Below are positions 9,327 through 20,097 of a stretch of 64,000 nucleotides of DNA, piece after piece (within the stretch, counting starts at the first letter, position 1; every line of letters starts with the position of its first letter). Origin of the DNA: an uncultured bacterium (lineage in GTDB: Bacteria; Omnitrophota; Omnitrophia; Omnitrophales; Abzuiibacteriaceae); the NCBI GenBank assembly GCA_964387845.1, contig CAYLXA010000006.1:128001-192000 (forward strand), in the 5' to 3' direction. Below the pieces are notes generated by a model that made no database searches, was not told where the DNA came from, and saw only the letters and a list, made by a program, of their open reading frames with translations. The translations under genes and the position numbers were made by a program.

Positions 9327-10994
9327 TTGTTCAGAAACGACTTATATCGGCCGATTGACAAGATACACCTCAGTGCTACAATCAATGCTGTCAAAAGGAA
9401 TCTTGGGCGAATGAGTCGTTCTAATGAACATAAGAGTGTTATTGAAAGATTTCTCCTAACAAACCCCGGCTGGATAGAGGGGTATCGCGTTTTCAATCGT
9501 CTCTTCGGACATCCTCTCGGCTGGCTCTATATTATCCACGAAGGCAAAAGCAGGCTTATCCGGCTTAATCAAAAAGGTAACTGTTCTTTTTTTGCCTCAT
9601 CAGCAAGCAATCAATCCGGTTGCGTCGGTTTTTTGCTTAAATATTGTGAACAACTCAAGGATGATGCCGACAAAAAAGCTTTCAAGCCTTTCAACTATAA
9701 ATGCGCCTACGGCCGCAAGGGATTGGTATTCAATCTTGAGTATTTAAATCAACTCAAGGGTTATTTGATCCTGTGCGCAACGTCGAAGAGCGAGAAAGAA
9801 ACACGCGATTTAATGCCCCTTTTCAATCAATTCCTGAAAAGCCAGATTGAGCTTGCCTACAAGGCATTCGAGCTCCAAAATTTTTACGAAACCGTTCATC
9901 CGCGTGCACTCGCGCTTTCGACCATGCATTCGGTTCATCGAGTCATTAGTTCCTCGCTTCACTTGAATGAACTTCTTCCAAAAATTGGCAGGCTGTGTGC
10001 GCAAATTTTGAAAGCCCAAGGGTGCACGATTTTCTTATTAGATGAAGAAAGAAAATATTTGGTCCCGCACTTTCATCTGCAAAATAAAAAAGATATCGGA
10101 AAGCGTTCGCGTCTCCAAGTTGGTAAGGGCGTCGAAGGGAAGGTGGCAGAAACCGCTGAATTTCATGTTTCGCGAAATTCAATTTCAGTTCCTTTTATCG
10201 AAGAAGATGTGATCGGCGTTATCACGCTTCGCGACAAGGTGGGTGGGGAAGCATTTGGAAAAATGGATATGGAAATTTTGAAGACTTTGTCCGAGCAGGC
10301 TGTTGTGGCGATTAAGAATGCAAAACTTTTCGAAGAAACCGAGCATTTGACCCACAGCAGTATTCAGGCGATCAATGAACTGCTTGAAATGAGCTATGAA
10401 GGAAGTAATATGCAGCTTCCTTTATTCGGGGAACTTGTTTTCGAAATGGGTAAGGATTTGCGCCTTTCCAGCATGGAGTTAACGCATCTTCACCGTGCCA
10501 CTTTTTTGATCGATGCTGGCCATCTGGGTACGCCGGCTCATATATTAAAAAAGAAAACCCAGCTCACGAAGCGCGAGTTCGACGCGATTAAAGAGCATCC
10601 GCATGCCGGTGCCGCGGTTTTGAAGAAAATGGGTGCGTTGAAGCCCGTTATTCCGATTATTTTGCACCACCATGAGCGCTACGACGGCAAAGGCTATCCA
10701 CAGGGATTGAAAGGCGATGAAATTCCGCTCAGCGCCAGGATTATGGCGGTGGCAGATGCTTTTTTTGCGATCACTGCCGAGCGGCCTTACCGCCCGGCCC
10801 GAACTCATGCAGAGGCGATTAGCGAAATTAAAAAGAATTCAGGCACGCAATTTGACCCTGCCGTGGTTGCGAGCTTCGTAAAAGTGGTTGAAAATCCCGA
10901 ATTTATGAAGAAAATAACAAGGTGGGAGCAGGCGCGCGATAAAACTGAGCGCCATGGACCGAATTCAAAACAAGAAACAGCTTTTGTTAATTAA
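9327..10994 (+). CDS. GAF-domain HD-GYP phosphodiesterase (putative c-di-GMP phosphodiesterase)
   Basis: Central GAF-like region (GKGVEGKVAETAEF...VITLRDK). C-terminal HD-GYP domain (HHHERYDGKGYPQGLKGDEIPLSARIMAVADAFFAI). The true start may be the internal Met near 9411. Confidence 0.7.
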   Translation: MFRNDLYRPIDKIHLSATINAVKRNLGRMSRSNEHKSVIERFLLTNPGWIEGYRVFNRLFGHPLGWLYIIHEGKSRLIRLNQKGNCSFFASSASNQSGCVGFLLKYCEQLKDDADKKAFKPFNYKCAYGRKGLVFNLEYLNQLKGYLILCATSKSEKETRDLMPLFNQFLKSQIELAYKAFELQNFYETVHPRALALSTMHSVHRVISSSLHLNELLPKIGRLCAQILKAQGCTIFLLDEERKYLVPHFHLQNKKDIGKRSRLQVGKGVEGKVAETAEFHVSRNSISVPFIEEDVIGVITLRDKVGGEAFGKMDMEILKTLSEQAVVAIKNAKLFEETEHLTHSSIQAINELLEMSYEGSNMQLPLFGELVFEMGKDLRLSSMELTHLHRATFLIDAGHLGTPAHILKKKTQLTKREFDAIKEHPHAGAAVLKKMGALKPVIPIILHHHERYDGKGYPQGLKGDEIPLSARIMAVADAFFAITAERPYRPARTHAEAISEIKKNSGTQFDPAVVASFVKVVENPEFMKKITRWEQARDKTERHGPNSKQETAFVN

Positions 10995-11018
10995 TGTCAG
11001 ACAACCAGGGAAAATGAA

Positions 11019-11246
11019 GTGAATGACCTTTCAGCCGTTAATCCAGCCGGTCCGACGCCAAAAATCAGCTTGAAAATCGAAAAACCGCGTGACCAAAGTA
11101 TTCACGGTTTTTTTAACACGCTTCTAATCATTTCGTTTTTATTGATTGCTGCGACTTTGTGGGTGCTCGCGCTTGAATATTTGGACATGCCGGCACCGAT
11201 GTGGCTTCTTGATTTGATTGATGAATTGAAGCTCATTTTCGCTTGA
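11019..11246 (+). CDS. hypothetical small single-TM membrane protein
   Basis: 75-aa ORF with one hydrophobic helix (LLIISFLLIAATLWVLAL). It sits where ftsL would be in a canonical dcw cluster. No recognisable motif. Confidence 0.3.
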   Translation: MNDLSAVNPAGPTPKISLKIEKPRDQSIHGFFNTLLIISFLLIAATLWVLALEYLDMPAPMWLLDLIDELKLIFA

Positions 11247-11255
11247 TAATTAGAT

Positions 11256-11720
11256 ATGACACGACGCGTTGCCCTCAAGCCTGCCGCCATCCTTCTGATT
11301 CTAGGTATTTTTTTGGCTTTCCCGTGGCTGAGCGGCTACACGTTTCTTCAATATATGAAAATGAAGCACAGTGTTACGATTCACGGTTTTTGGTATCCTT
11401 CTTATTTCCCGATCGGAAAGTTTTATGTGCGTCAATTAAATGCGGATTGGAAAGATGATTTTCGAATCCAGTCCGGGACGCTTGAAGTCCAATATAATCC
11501 GTTTCTGTTTTCAATTTCGCGCGGTGGTGTTTCGTTGAAAGGGCGCGATCTGGAGGTTTCGGTGAAGAAATTGAACTCAAATCTCAAAGTGAAAGGGCCG
11601 TTTGTCGTAAACCGGTTTGATGCCAAGCTGGAATTGCGGCCTCGCGCAGAGCCCTTCATCCACTCGCTTGAAATTGACTCGCCGGTGATTCAATTCAAAA
11701 TCAACGGGCAATCGGCATGA
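11256..11720 (+). CDS. hypothetical membrane-anchored protein
   Basis: 154-aa ORF with an N-terminal signal/anchor helix. ATGA overlap with the downstream ORF. No family recognised. Confidence 0.4.
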   Translation: MTRRVALKPAAILLILGIFLAFPWLSGYTFLQYMKMKHSVTIHGFWYPSYFPIGKFYVRQLNADWKDDFRIQSGTLEVQYNPFLFSISRGGVSLKGRDLEVSVKKLNSNLKVKGPFVVNRFDAKLELRPRAEPFIHSLEIDSPVIQFKINGQSA

Positions 11721-12439
11721 ACCTCTATTCCGGAAAAAATTTCTCAGCACCTTCTGTGCTGATTTCGCTGTGTGTGCACGCCGGTATTTTACTCATCGGC
11801 CATGCGGCAGTAGCGTATTCGTGGGTGATTCCGATTCAGACGGAACAGAGCATCCTGCTTGAGTTAAATTCGTCGGCATCCCATCCAAAATCGTCCGCAC
11901 AGAAAGCGGCGCTGCCCAAGACCGAAGAGAAGCCGCAGAATCCTGCGCCGGAAAAGGAAAAATTAGCGGATGCGGCGCCAAAAAATTCAGGTTGGGACAA
12001 CCGCGAATTTCAAGACCGGCAAGCCAGGATGGATCAAAAAATTGAACTAATCCGTGAACAAATTAGAAAAATCAAAGAAGGCCAATCCACAGGCGCCGAA
12101 TTGAAAGGCTTCGAGCTGATTTCGGCAGGCCTTGATAGCGAATCGTGGCGGTCTTATTTGGCAAAGCTTCGGCGGCAAGTTCTTGAAAAATGGTATCCGA
12201 TGATTCTTTCACGAGAAAGCCAATTAAAAACCAGCGAAGCGCGGCTTGATTTCTATATCGGGACGGATGGGCGAGTGGTGGCTTATGAAATTGCAGATTT
12301 AAAAGGCGTGCCTGTTTTTGGTGAAATTTGTTTGGAAGCTTTCCGGCGTGCTATTGGGACCGAAGCAAGCCTTGCGAGACAAGCGGTGAAGCCCGTCGGC
12401 AATTTCCTAAAGGTGTCGCTCTTTTTTTATTACCAATAG
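11717..12439 (+). CDS. TonB-family C-terminal-domain protein
   Basis: N-terminal TM helix and a Pro/Lys-rich linker (PKTEEKPQNPAPEKEK). The C-terminus is TonB_C-like (WYPMILSRESQLKTSEARLDFYIGTDGRVVAYEIADLKGVPVFGEICLEAFRRA). Confidence 0.45.
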   Translation: MNLYSGKNFSAPSVLISLCVHAGILLIGHAAVAYSWVIPIQTEQSILLELNSSASHPKSSAQKAALPKTEEKPQNPAPEKEKLADAAPKNSGWDNREFQDRQARMDQKIELIREQIRKIKEGQSTGAELKGFELISAGLDSESWRSYLAKLRRQVLEKWYPMILSRESQLKTSEARLDFYIGTDGRVVAYEIADLKGVPVFGEICLEAFRRAIGTEASLARQAVKPVGNFLKVSLFFYYQ

Positions 12440-12545
12440 AACCAGGCTCTGCCCAAGTCAAGTATTGAAGCTTTTTTTCCGAAATATGAAGCACTGCTCT
12501 TGGGTTATTTTAAAGAGTAAATTTTTCGGGTCTGGGTGATGATTT

Positions 12546-14036
12546 ATGAAATTGTTGGGTGAGTTTTTGCAGGATATCCGGTATCAATGGAATGGCCGGG
12601 GATCTTTATTTGTTCCGGTTCATCGCGTGGTATCGGATTCGCGCATTGTTCAGAAGGGTGATATTTTCGTTGCGTTGAAAGGGCCGCTTGCGGACGGCCA
12701 TGATTTTATACCGCATGCGGCAAGCCGTGGCGCAGCGGCCATTATTGCGGAAACCAAGCTGAATCCGTCAACCAATCTCCAAGACACCGCTTTTCTCCAA
12801 GTCGAAGACAGCCATTTTGCATTCAGCCGTTTACTGACAAGATTGCACGGCCTGGAGGCACGGCCCATTCAATTAATCGGCGTTACAGGCACCAACGGCA
12901 AGACAACGATTACTTACTTGATCCGATTTTTGCTGAACCAGCTTTCGGCTTGCGGCCTAATCGGAACCGTGCGCTACGAGTGGGCGAATAAATCCATCGA
13001 GTCTAAAAACACAACACCGGGCCTCGGGCAGCTCATTCCGCTTCTTTCCGACATGGTCCAAGACGGCATGAAATATTGTGTGGCTGAAATTTCAAGCCAC
13101 GGGCTTGATCAAAACCGCCTTGCCGGGCTTGATTTCACGGCTGCTGTTTTTACGAACCTGACGCAAGACCACCTGGATTATCACCGCACGCTTGAAAATT
13201 ATTATTTGGCAAAACGCAAACTTTTTGTATCTAAGCCGGCGCCGAAATTTTCGGCGGTTAATTTAGACGATGAGTACGGCCGGAGACTGTTGTCGGAGTT
13301 GGGCAAACGTGCCGTTAGTTTTGGTTTTGACGCGGGCGCTACTTACCGTGCTCAAAATGAAAAAGTAACGCTCGAAGGTTCCGAGTTTGATCTCATTTAC
13401 CGGGGGGGAACCCACCGCGTTAAAACCAATTTACCGCTCCGGCATAATATTTATAATGTCTTAGCGGCGCTCAGCATTCTTTCAGAACTTGATTTTGCTC
13501 TGGAGCAATTAATCCCGCTGCTTCCCAAGTTTCCGGGCGTGCCTGGGCGCATGGAGCGTGCAGATGCGAAGGGCGGCGCGCTTGTGTTTGTGGATTACGC
13601 GCACACGCCGGACGCTGTTTTTAATGTGCTGTCATCGGCGCGGCCGCTTGTAGGCGGAAAAATCATCACCGTCTTGGGCTGCGGCGGCAATCGCGATAAA
13701 GGCAAGCGCCCTTTGATGGGCCGTATCGCCGGTGAAGGATCTGACATTGCAATCGTGACGAGTGATAATCCAAGAAATGAAGAGCCGCAATCGATTCTGG
13801 ACGCCATTCGGCCGGGGATAGCGGAAGGCAGGCAAGCCGAATTTATTTTAGACCGCAAAAAAGCGATTGAGCGCGCCATTGAATTGGCGGGCCCCAAAGA
13901 TGTGGTGCTCATTCTCGGAAAAGGACATGAAAAGTATCAAATCGTCGGCGATCAAACGCTTCCGTTTGATGACGTTGAGGTTGCGCAAGAATGTTTAAGA
14001 AAAAAGGCGGGTAAATCACATGCTGTCCATTCCTGA
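12546..14036 (+). CDS. murE: UDP-N-acetylmuramoyl-L-alanyl-D-glutamate--2,6-diaminopimelate ligase
   Basis: Mur ligase with P-loop GVTGTNGKTT, DNPR motif (VTSDNPRNEEP) and meso-DAP-type organisation. Position in the dcw cluster. Confidence 0.9.
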   Translation: MKLLGEFLQDIRYQWNGRGSLFVPVHRVVSDSRIVQKGDIFVALKGPLADGHDFIPHAASRGAAAIIAETKLNPSTNLQDTAFLQVEDSHFAFSRLLTRLHGLEARPIQLIGVTGTNGKTTITYLIRFLLNQLSACGLIGTVRYEWANKSIESKNTTPGLGQLIPLLSDMVQDGMKYCVAEISSHGLDQNRLAGLDFTAAVFTNLTQDHLDYHRTLENYYLAKRKLFVSKPAPKFSAVNLDDEYGRRLLSELGKRAVSFGFDAGATYRAQNEKVTLEGSEFDLIYRGGTHRVKTNLPLRHNIYNVLAALSILSELDFALEQLIPLLPKFPGVPGRMERADAKGGALVFVDYAHTPDAVFNVLSSARPLVGGKIITVLGCGGNRDKGKRPLMGRIAGEGSDIAIVTSDNPRNEEPQSILDAIRPGIAEGRQAEFILDRKKAIERAIELAGPKDVVLILGKGHEKYQIVGDQTLPFDDVEVAQECLRKKAGKSHAVHS

Positions 14037-15432
14037 AATCGCCGGCGCGTGCCGCGGAAAAATCATTGGTCTGCAAACCAGTGTCCTGTCGGGCATTTCT
14101 ACGGATACAAGGAATATTAAGCCGGGTTCGGTTTTTTATGCGTTGCGCGGAAAGAATTTTAACGGCCATCAATTTTTACAAGACGCTTTCCGGAAGGGTG
14201 CCGCTGTCGCCGTCGTTGATGACCAATTTGCCAGAGCGTCATCCGAAGCCTTGTCGCAGCTCGGCGCTTCCAACACGCTTATTGTTGTTCCGGATGTTTA
14301 TCGAGCGCTTTTAGATTCTGCGTGTGCTTACCGCCAAAAATTCAAGATTCCCGTCGTAGGTATCACCGGAAGCGCCGGAAAAACGACGACAAAGGAATGT
14401 GTTCGCGCCATTTTAGGCTTGCGTTACCAAACACTTTCCAACATTGGTAATTTCAATAATCACATTGGCCTCCCGCTCAGTATTTTCGAAATGAATCAAG
14501 CAACGCAGGCCGCTGTCTTCGAGCTTGGCGCCAATAAATCCGGCGATATTCGCGAACTTTGTGAAACAGCCCGGCCAACCGTTGGTGTTTTGACCTGTGT
14601 TCAGCCCGTTCATTTGGAGGGATTCGGCTCTCTCGACAATATTTACAAAACCAAGCTTGAGCTTGCCGGATGGATCGCATCTCAAAAAGGTGTCATGATT
14701 ATTTATGGTGACGACCCCGAGCTTTTGAAAAGAGCGAAAAAAATTTCTTCTAAACTAAAAACATTCGGCCGGGGGAAAGGTTGTGATTACCGCGTTTCAA
14801 ACGAGCGGCAAGACGGTGAGCGGATTCGTTTTACAATCAATGAAAAATTCGACTTTTCCGTGAAAGCCATGGGCCTTTTCAACGTGCTGAATTTTGCAGC
14901 CGGCATCGCGGCGGCGGCCGAATTGAAATTAGATTTGAATGATCTTGCCCGGGATTGGCACGACTTTCAGCCGGCAGCCAATCGGTTTGAAATCGAACGT
15001 ATGGAAAATCCCAAGGTTGTGTTTGTCAAAGATTTTTATAATTCCAACCCGGTTTCATTTCAGATTGCTTTGCAAGCATTTGAAGCGCTTCCATCCGAAG
15101 GCAGGAAGATCATTGTGGCGGGTGATATGCTCGAGCTTGGTCCGGATGCAGCGAAATATCATGGGGAGTTGGGAGAGCAAGCCGGCAAAAGCCGCGCGAA
15201 CGCTTTCATTTATATCGGAAAATACGCAGAGCCCGCCGCAGCCGCAGCGCGGAAGCTCAACCATCAGATTCAGATTGCGACATTTTCCGACAATCAACAT
15301 GCAGCCGATTATTTATCCGGATTTTTACGTGACCGCGACTGTGTGTTTATGAAAGCTTCGCGCGGCATGAAGTTTGAAGAAATTTTGAATGCACTTAAAA
15401 ATGTTCCGGATTTATCGTTAACACATCCGTAA
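14020..15432 (+). CDS. murF: UDP-N-acetylmuramoyl-tripeptide--D-alanyl-D-alanine ligase
   Basis: Mur ligase P-loop GITGSAGKTTTKE. Overlaps the murE stop. Canonical dcw order. Confidence 0.9.
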   Translation: MLSIPEIAGACRGKIIGLQTSVLSGISTDTRNIKPGSVFYALRGKNFNGHQFLQDAFRKGAAVAVVDDQFARASSEALSQLGASNTLIVVPDVYRALLDSACAYRQKFKIPVVGITGSAGKTTTKECVRAILGLRYQTLSNIGNFNNHIGLPLSIFEMNQATQAAVFELGANKSGDIRELCETARPTVGVLTCVQPVHLEGFGSLDNIYKTKLELAGWIASQKGVMIIYGDDPELLKRAKKISSKLKTFGRGKGCDYRVSNERQDGERIRFTINEKFDFSVKAMGLFNVLNFAAGIAAAAELKLDLNDLARDWHDFQPAANRFEIERMENPKVVFVKDFYNSNPVSFQIALQAFEALPSEGRKIIVAGDMLELGPDAAKYHGELGEQAGKSRANAFIYIGKYAEPAAAAARKLNHQIQIATFSDNQHAADYLSGFLRDRDCVFMKASRGMKFEEILNALKNVPDLSLTHP

Positions 15433-15445
15433 GGAAAGGGGAAAC

Positions 15446-16534
15446 GTGTTTTATTATTTTCTTTATCCGCTGAGTGATCATTCAATTTTGTTTAACGTTT
15501 TTAAATACATCACATTCCGCTCGGTCGGGGCGAGCGTGACCGCCTTTTTGTTCTGCATTTTTATGGCACCGGCCGTTATTGATTGGCTGAGCCGTTTGTG
15601 CGTGGTCAATTCCACAAAGCGCGAACATGCGCAATCGATTCATAAATTCTATGAGCATAAAGGCAAAGTGCCGACAATGGGCGGCGTTCTGATCGTCGGC
15701 AGCATTCTTCTTTCGTGCCTTTTGTGGGGCAATTTCGGAAACGCGTTTTTTAATTTATCGCTGATTGTCTTGATTTTGTTTGCCGCTGTCGGTTTTTTGG
15801 ATGATTACATTAAATTGAAATCTAAAAGCTCAAGAGGCCTAAGCGCGCGCGTCAAATTGGCGGGACAATTGGGCGCTGGTTTACTGCTCGCAGTTTATCT
15901 TTTTTGGGATCCTGCAGTGGATACTAAATTATTTATTCCGTTTTTCAAGACTGCCACCGTGATGCTGGGCTGGCTTTATATTCCGTTTGTGGTGCTCGTG
16001 CTGGTCGGTACATCCAACGCCCTTAATTTAACCGATGGGCTTGACGGGCTTGCGATCGGCTGCTTCACCATCGCAGCTGGTGTTTTTGGGCTTATTTGCT
16101 ATATCGTGGGCCGTATCGACTATGCCACTTATTTAGAAGTCCGCTATATTGCCCAAGCAGCGGAACTGTCCATATTTTGCGCGGCCCTTGTCGGCGCGGC
16201 CCTTGGTTTTCTTTGGTATAATTCCTATCCTGCGAGTATCATGATGGGCGACACAGGCTCTCTTGCACTTGGCGGCGCGTTGGGCACGATTGCCATTTTA
16301 GTCAAAAAGGAAGCTATTTTAATCGTCGTCGGCGGCGTTTTTGTGTGGGAAGCGCTTTCTGTTATTTTGCAGGTGTTTTGCTATAAAAATTTTAAAAAGC
16401 GGATATTTTTAATGTCGCCCTTTCATCATCACCTACAACTGAAAGGCTGGCCCGAATCCAAAGTGACGATCCGGCTGTGGATTGTCGCGTTTATTTTGGC
16501 GCTTCTCGGACTCAGCATGCTGAAATTGAGATGA
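15446..16534 (+). CDS. mraY: phospho-N-acetylmuramoyl-pentapeptide transferase
   Basis: 10-TM protein with MraY motifs (PTMGG, NLTDGLDGLA, MGDTGSLALGG). Confidence 0.9.
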   Translation: MFYYFLYPLSDHSILFNVFKYITFRSVGASVTAFLFCIFMAPAVIDWLSRLCVVNSTKREHAQSIHKFYEHKGKVPTMGGVLIVGSILLSCLLWGNFGNAFFNLSLIVLILFAAVGFLDDYIKLKSKSSRGLSARVKLAGQLGAGLLLAVYLFWDPAVDTKLFIPFFKTATVMLGWLYIPFVVLVLVGTSNALNLTDGLDGLAIGCFTIAAGVFGLICYIVGRIDYATYLEVRYIAQAAELSIFCAALVGAALGFLWYNSYPASIMMGDTGSLALGGALGTIAILVKKEAILIVVGGVFVWEALSVILQVFCYKNFKKRIFLMSPFHHHLQLKGWPESKVTIRLWIVAFILALLGLSMLKLR

Positions 16535-17829
16535 GCTCAACTCAAGAAGCGAAAACCGGTTCTGAAACGGCCAACACCGCTGTGAAGTTGGTCGGCGAGT
16601 CTGTTTCTGTCCTTGGGCTTGGAAAAAGCGGATTTGAAAGCGCGAAGTTTCTTGCCAAGCGCGGCGTTCAAGTGTTTGCCAGCGAATCCAAATTCTCGCC
16701 GGAATTACTCAAGCGCAAAGAAGAGCTCGAACAGCTTGGTGTCCGCGTTGAAATCGGAAAACATTCCATCCGATCGATCGCGCGGGCCGATCGTGTCATT
16801 ATTTCTCCCGGGATCCCGCCGTCTGCGCCGGTCTATGAATCGCTTCGGAAAAAGAAAATCCCGATTTGGAGCGAAATCGAACTGGCATATCAATTTTGCC
16901 CGGCACCCATTATTGCCGTGACCGGGACGAACGGAAAAACGACCGTCACATCATTAATTGCGCGAATTTTATGCGCCAATCAGTTTCATGCGATTTCCTG
17001 CGGCAACATTGGCAACCCGCTGATCGGTGAAATCGAAAATTTAACGGATCAATCCATTGCTGTCACTGAGGTTAGTTCGTTTCAACTCCAAAACATTGAT
17101 CAATTTCGTCCCTATATCGGTATCGTGCTTAATCTCACCGTTAATCACCTAGACTGGCACGCCAATTTTGCAGAATACGCGGCAGCCAAATGGAACTTGT
17201 TTAAAAATCAAAGGCCGCACGATTATGCGTTTTTAAATGCCGACGATATTGAAAGCATGCACCGCGCGGATTTGATTCAATCGCAAAAAGTTTATTTCAA
17301 CGGCGGCGAGCACGAAAACCCGAATTTTGCGGCGTGCCTTGCAGTGGCGAATTTGTACCGGCTGGATGATCACAAAACGCGAAAAATCATCGATGAATTT
17401 CCCGGCATTGAGCATAGGCTCGAAAAAGTGCCGTCCCGGGATGGTTTTCGGTACTTTAATGATTCGAAATCAACGACAATCGCATCGCTCGGTTGGGCGC
17501 TTGACCGGATGAAAGACAAAGCCGTATTAATCATGGGCGGTAAGCATAAAGGCGGTGATTTTTCGGTCTTACGCGATAAAATAAAATCAAAAGTTCGTTT
17601 TTTGGTTTTAATCGGAGAGGCCGCGCCGGTTTTGGAGAAAGCCTTTGGAAGAATTGTTAAAACCATGACGGCGCCCAATTTGGAACAAGCGGTCCGGCAG
17701 GCGCGTGCGGCGGCTTGCGCAAGTGACGCCATTTTATTTTCGCCGGCGTGTGCAAGTTTTGATATGTTCGAAAATTACGAAGACCGGGGCCGGAAGTTTA
17801 AAGCCATTGTTCAAAGCTTTCAGAAATAA
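16531..17829 (+). CDS. murD: UDP-N-acetylmuramoylalanine--D-glutamate ligase
   Basis: Mur ligase P-loop GTNGKTT. The likely start MSSTQE overlaps the mraY stop (ATGA). The ORF-track start at 16477 lies inside mraY. Confidence 0.85.
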   Translation: MSSTQEAKTGSETANTAVKLVGESVSVLGLGKSGFESAKFLAKRGVQVFASESKFSPELLKRKEELEQLGVRVEIGKHSIRSIARADRVIISPGIPPSAPVYESLRKKKIPIWSEIELAYQFCPAPIIAVTGTNGKTTVTSLIARILCANQFHAISCGNIGNPLIGEIENLTDQSIAVTEVSSFQLQNIDQFRPYIGIVLNLTVNHLDWHANFAEYAAAKWNLFKNQRPHDYAFLNADDIESMHRADLIQSQKVYFNGGEHENPNFAACLAVANLYRLDDHKTRKIIDEFPGIEHRLEKVPSRDGFRYFNDSKSTTIASLGWALDRMKDKAVLIMGGKHKGGDFSVLRDKIKSKVRFLVLIGEAAPVLEKAFGRIVKTMTAPNLEQAVRQARAAACASDAILFSPACASFDMFENYEDRGRKFKAIVQSFQK

Positions 17830-17869
17830 AACCGGCCAACATTAATCTTCATGATTATTTGAGATCCTC

Positions 17870-18979
17870 ATGTCACAAGAATCCAGAAGCATTTTTATTG
17901 TGATGCTTCTTTTAATTGCCGTCGGCGTGATCATGATCTACAGCGCTAGCGCGGTGTTTGCGGACCAATTGTTCGGAAGTTCCACTTATTTCCTGCGCCG
18001 TCAGCTTTTTTATTTAATTTTGGGCCTTCTGGCGTTCGGTGTTAGTTACTATGCAAACCCCGAATTTTTAAGAAGTCACGCAAAGGGGCTCATGATTTTC
18101 GCTTTTTTCATACTGCTCCTCGTTTTTATTCCCGGGCTCGGCCATTCGGCGGGCGGTGCGCGGCGCTGGATCGGTTTCTCGTTTTTTACATTCCAACCTG
18201 TTGAATATGCGAAACTGGCGGTTTGTTTGTATCTATCGGACTACCTCACCCGAAAAATGAAATTGATGGTAACGGGGGACCATATGGTTTTAGTTCCGCC
18301 TATCGCAATACTGCTTTTTATGCTCTCACTTTTAATCGCGCAGCCTGATCTTGGTTCAACTATTTTTGTTTTAATGATCGCAGGCATTTTGTTCATTTTG
18401 GCCGGCATCCGGCTGAGATATATTGCCATGGCAGTGGTTCCGGTCGTTTTTGCCATCGTTATTTTGATCATCAAGGCGCCGTACCGGATGAACCGCATCG
18501 CGGCTTTCTTGGATCCCTGGAAGGACCCGCGCGGCACGGGATTTCAAATTATTCAATCGTTTCTTGCGTTTTCATCCGGGGGCGTGAAGGGTGTAGGGCT
18601 CGGCCAAAGCACCCAAAAATTATTTTATTTGCCGCAAAGCTACACCGATTTTATCTTTTCAATTATTGCCGAAGAGCTTGGTCTTATCGGCGCGTTGTTT
18701 GTGGTTTCGCTCTACGGTTGTTTTTTTGTGATGGGCGTCCGGATTGCCAACAAAACACACGACCCGTTTTACCGCCTCTTTGCTTATTCACTGGTGCTGA
18801 TTATTACACTGCAGGCTTTGATCAATATTCTGGTGACAACCGGGCTTGTGCCGACCAAAGGGCTTCCGCTTCCGTTCGTCAGTTACGGCGGTACTTCACT
18901 TATTTTTAATATGATCGCAGTCGGTCTTCTGCTGGCGATTGACCGTCATATTGTTTATAGATCTCCCGCTTATCGTTAA
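17870..18979 (+). CDS. ftsW: cell division/peptidoglycan polymerase FtsW (SEDS family)
   Basis: 10-TM SEDS protein with motifs GSTIFVL, FIFSIIAEELG and PFVSYGG. Sits between murD and murG. Confidence 0.85.
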   Translation: MSQESRSIFIVMLLLIAVGVIMIYSASAVFADQLFGSSTYFLRRQLFYLILGLLAFGVSYYANPEFLRSHAKGLMIFAFFILLLVFIPGLGHSAGGARRWIGFSFFTFQPVEYAKLAVCLYLSDYLTRKMKLMVTGDHMVLVPPIAILLFMLSLLIAQPDLGSTIFVLMIAGILFILAGIRLRYIAMAVVPVVFAIVILIIKAPYRMNRIAAFLDPWKDPRGTGFQIIQSFLAFSSGGVKGVGLGQSTQKLFYLPQSYTDFIFSIIAEELGLIGALFVVSLYGCFFVMGVRIANKTHDPFYRLFAYSLVLIITLQALINILVTTGLVPTKGLPLPFVSYGGTSLIFNMIAVGLLLAIDRHIVYRSPAYR

Positions 18980-18983
18980 CGCT

Positions 18984-20072
18984 ATGAGAGAGGCGCCAAA
19001 ACATTCGATAGTGATTACAACCGGAATGACGGGAGGGCATTTTTTCCCGGCTTTGAGTTTTGCGGAAAGTTTTGCAGCCGCACATCCTGATTTTGAAGTT
19101 CATTTTCTGCTTCCGCGCGAGAATAAACGATTTGATCTGGCACGCGTGAATCCTAAAATTTCCTTTCACCCGATTCCAGTCGAGCCTTTTCCGCGCGCTT
19201 TTAGTTTAAAGCTCATGTCTTTTTTGATACACTATCTGCGTTCTTTGAGAGCTACTTTTCAATTTTTTTCCCGCAGAAAACCGGCGGTAATTGTAAGTTT
19301 CGGGAGTTACGGCTCATTTCCAGGTGTTTTATGTGCTTGGGTTCTTGGAATTCCCGTAGTCTTGCATGAACAAAACCGGATTGCGGGCTGGGCAAATCGT
19401 TTGGCGTCTTTTTTAGCAACGTATGTGGCGGTATCGTTTTCTGATACGAGCGGGATCGTGTTGAAAGGCAAAATCAAAAAAGTCGGATATCCGCTTAGAA
19501 AAGAAATTTTGGAAGCGGCTCATAGAAAACAGAGCGAGGCAGCAAACAGCCGGCCGGCGAATATTCTCGTTTTGGGAGGTTCACAGGGTGCCTCAGCCAT
19601 CAATGAGGCTGTTTTAGAGCTCTTCGATAAATTATCTGTTGAGGAAAAACAAAAATTAGCCGTAATACATATCACCGGCGAGGCGCAGCATTCCGAGGTT
19701 TTGAAGCGCTATCAAGCGAACGGCGTGAAACATCAAGTGTTCGCGTTTTCGGATGAAATGCATCGCTGGTACGAGCAGGCGGATCTTGTGATTGCGCGTG
19801 CCGGCGCAGGAACGGTCTTTGAGTTGATCGAATTTAATTTGCCGTCGGTTTTGATTCCGTATCCGTTTGCACATTCGCATCAATTCAAAAATGCGCAATA
19901 TTTGGAAGAAAAACGGATGGCTATGATTATCGAACAAACGGAATTAACAGCGACGCGGCTTCACAGTGCAATTTTTGAAATGTTGAAGCGTTTTGATCAA
20001 AAGGACAAGTCGCCGCGCGTGATGCAAAATCCGAATCAAAATTTTATTCAGTTGGTTGATCAATTGATTTAA
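18984..20072 (+). CDS. murG: UDP-N-acetylglucosamine--N-acetylmuramyl-(pentapeptide) pyrophosphoryl-undecaprenol N-acetylglucosamine transferase
   Basis: GT28 N-terminus ITTGMTGGHFFPAL and C-terminal ADLVIARAGAGTVFE. Start placed at the internal Met after the ftsW stop. The track ORF starts at 18939. Confidence 0.85.
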   Translation: MREAPKHSIVITTGMTGGHFFPALSFAESFAAAHPDFEVHFLLPRENKRFDLARVNPKISFHPIPVEPFPRAFSLKLMSFLIHYLRSLRATFQFFSRRKPAVIVSFGSYGSFPGVLCAWVLGIPVVLHEQNRIAGWANRLASFLATYVAVSFSDTSGIVLKGKIKKVGYPLRKEILEAAHRKQSEAANSRPANILVLGGSQGASAINEAVLELFDKLSVEEKQKLAVIHITGEAQHSEVLKRYQANGVKHQVFAFSDEMHRWYEQADLVIARAGAGTVFELIEFNLPSVLIPYPFAHSHQFKNAQYLEEKRMAMIIEQTELTATRLHSAIFEMLKRFDQKDKSPRVMQNPNQNFIQLVDQLI

Positions 20073-20097
20073 GAGCAGTCAACCATGAGGGCGTCCT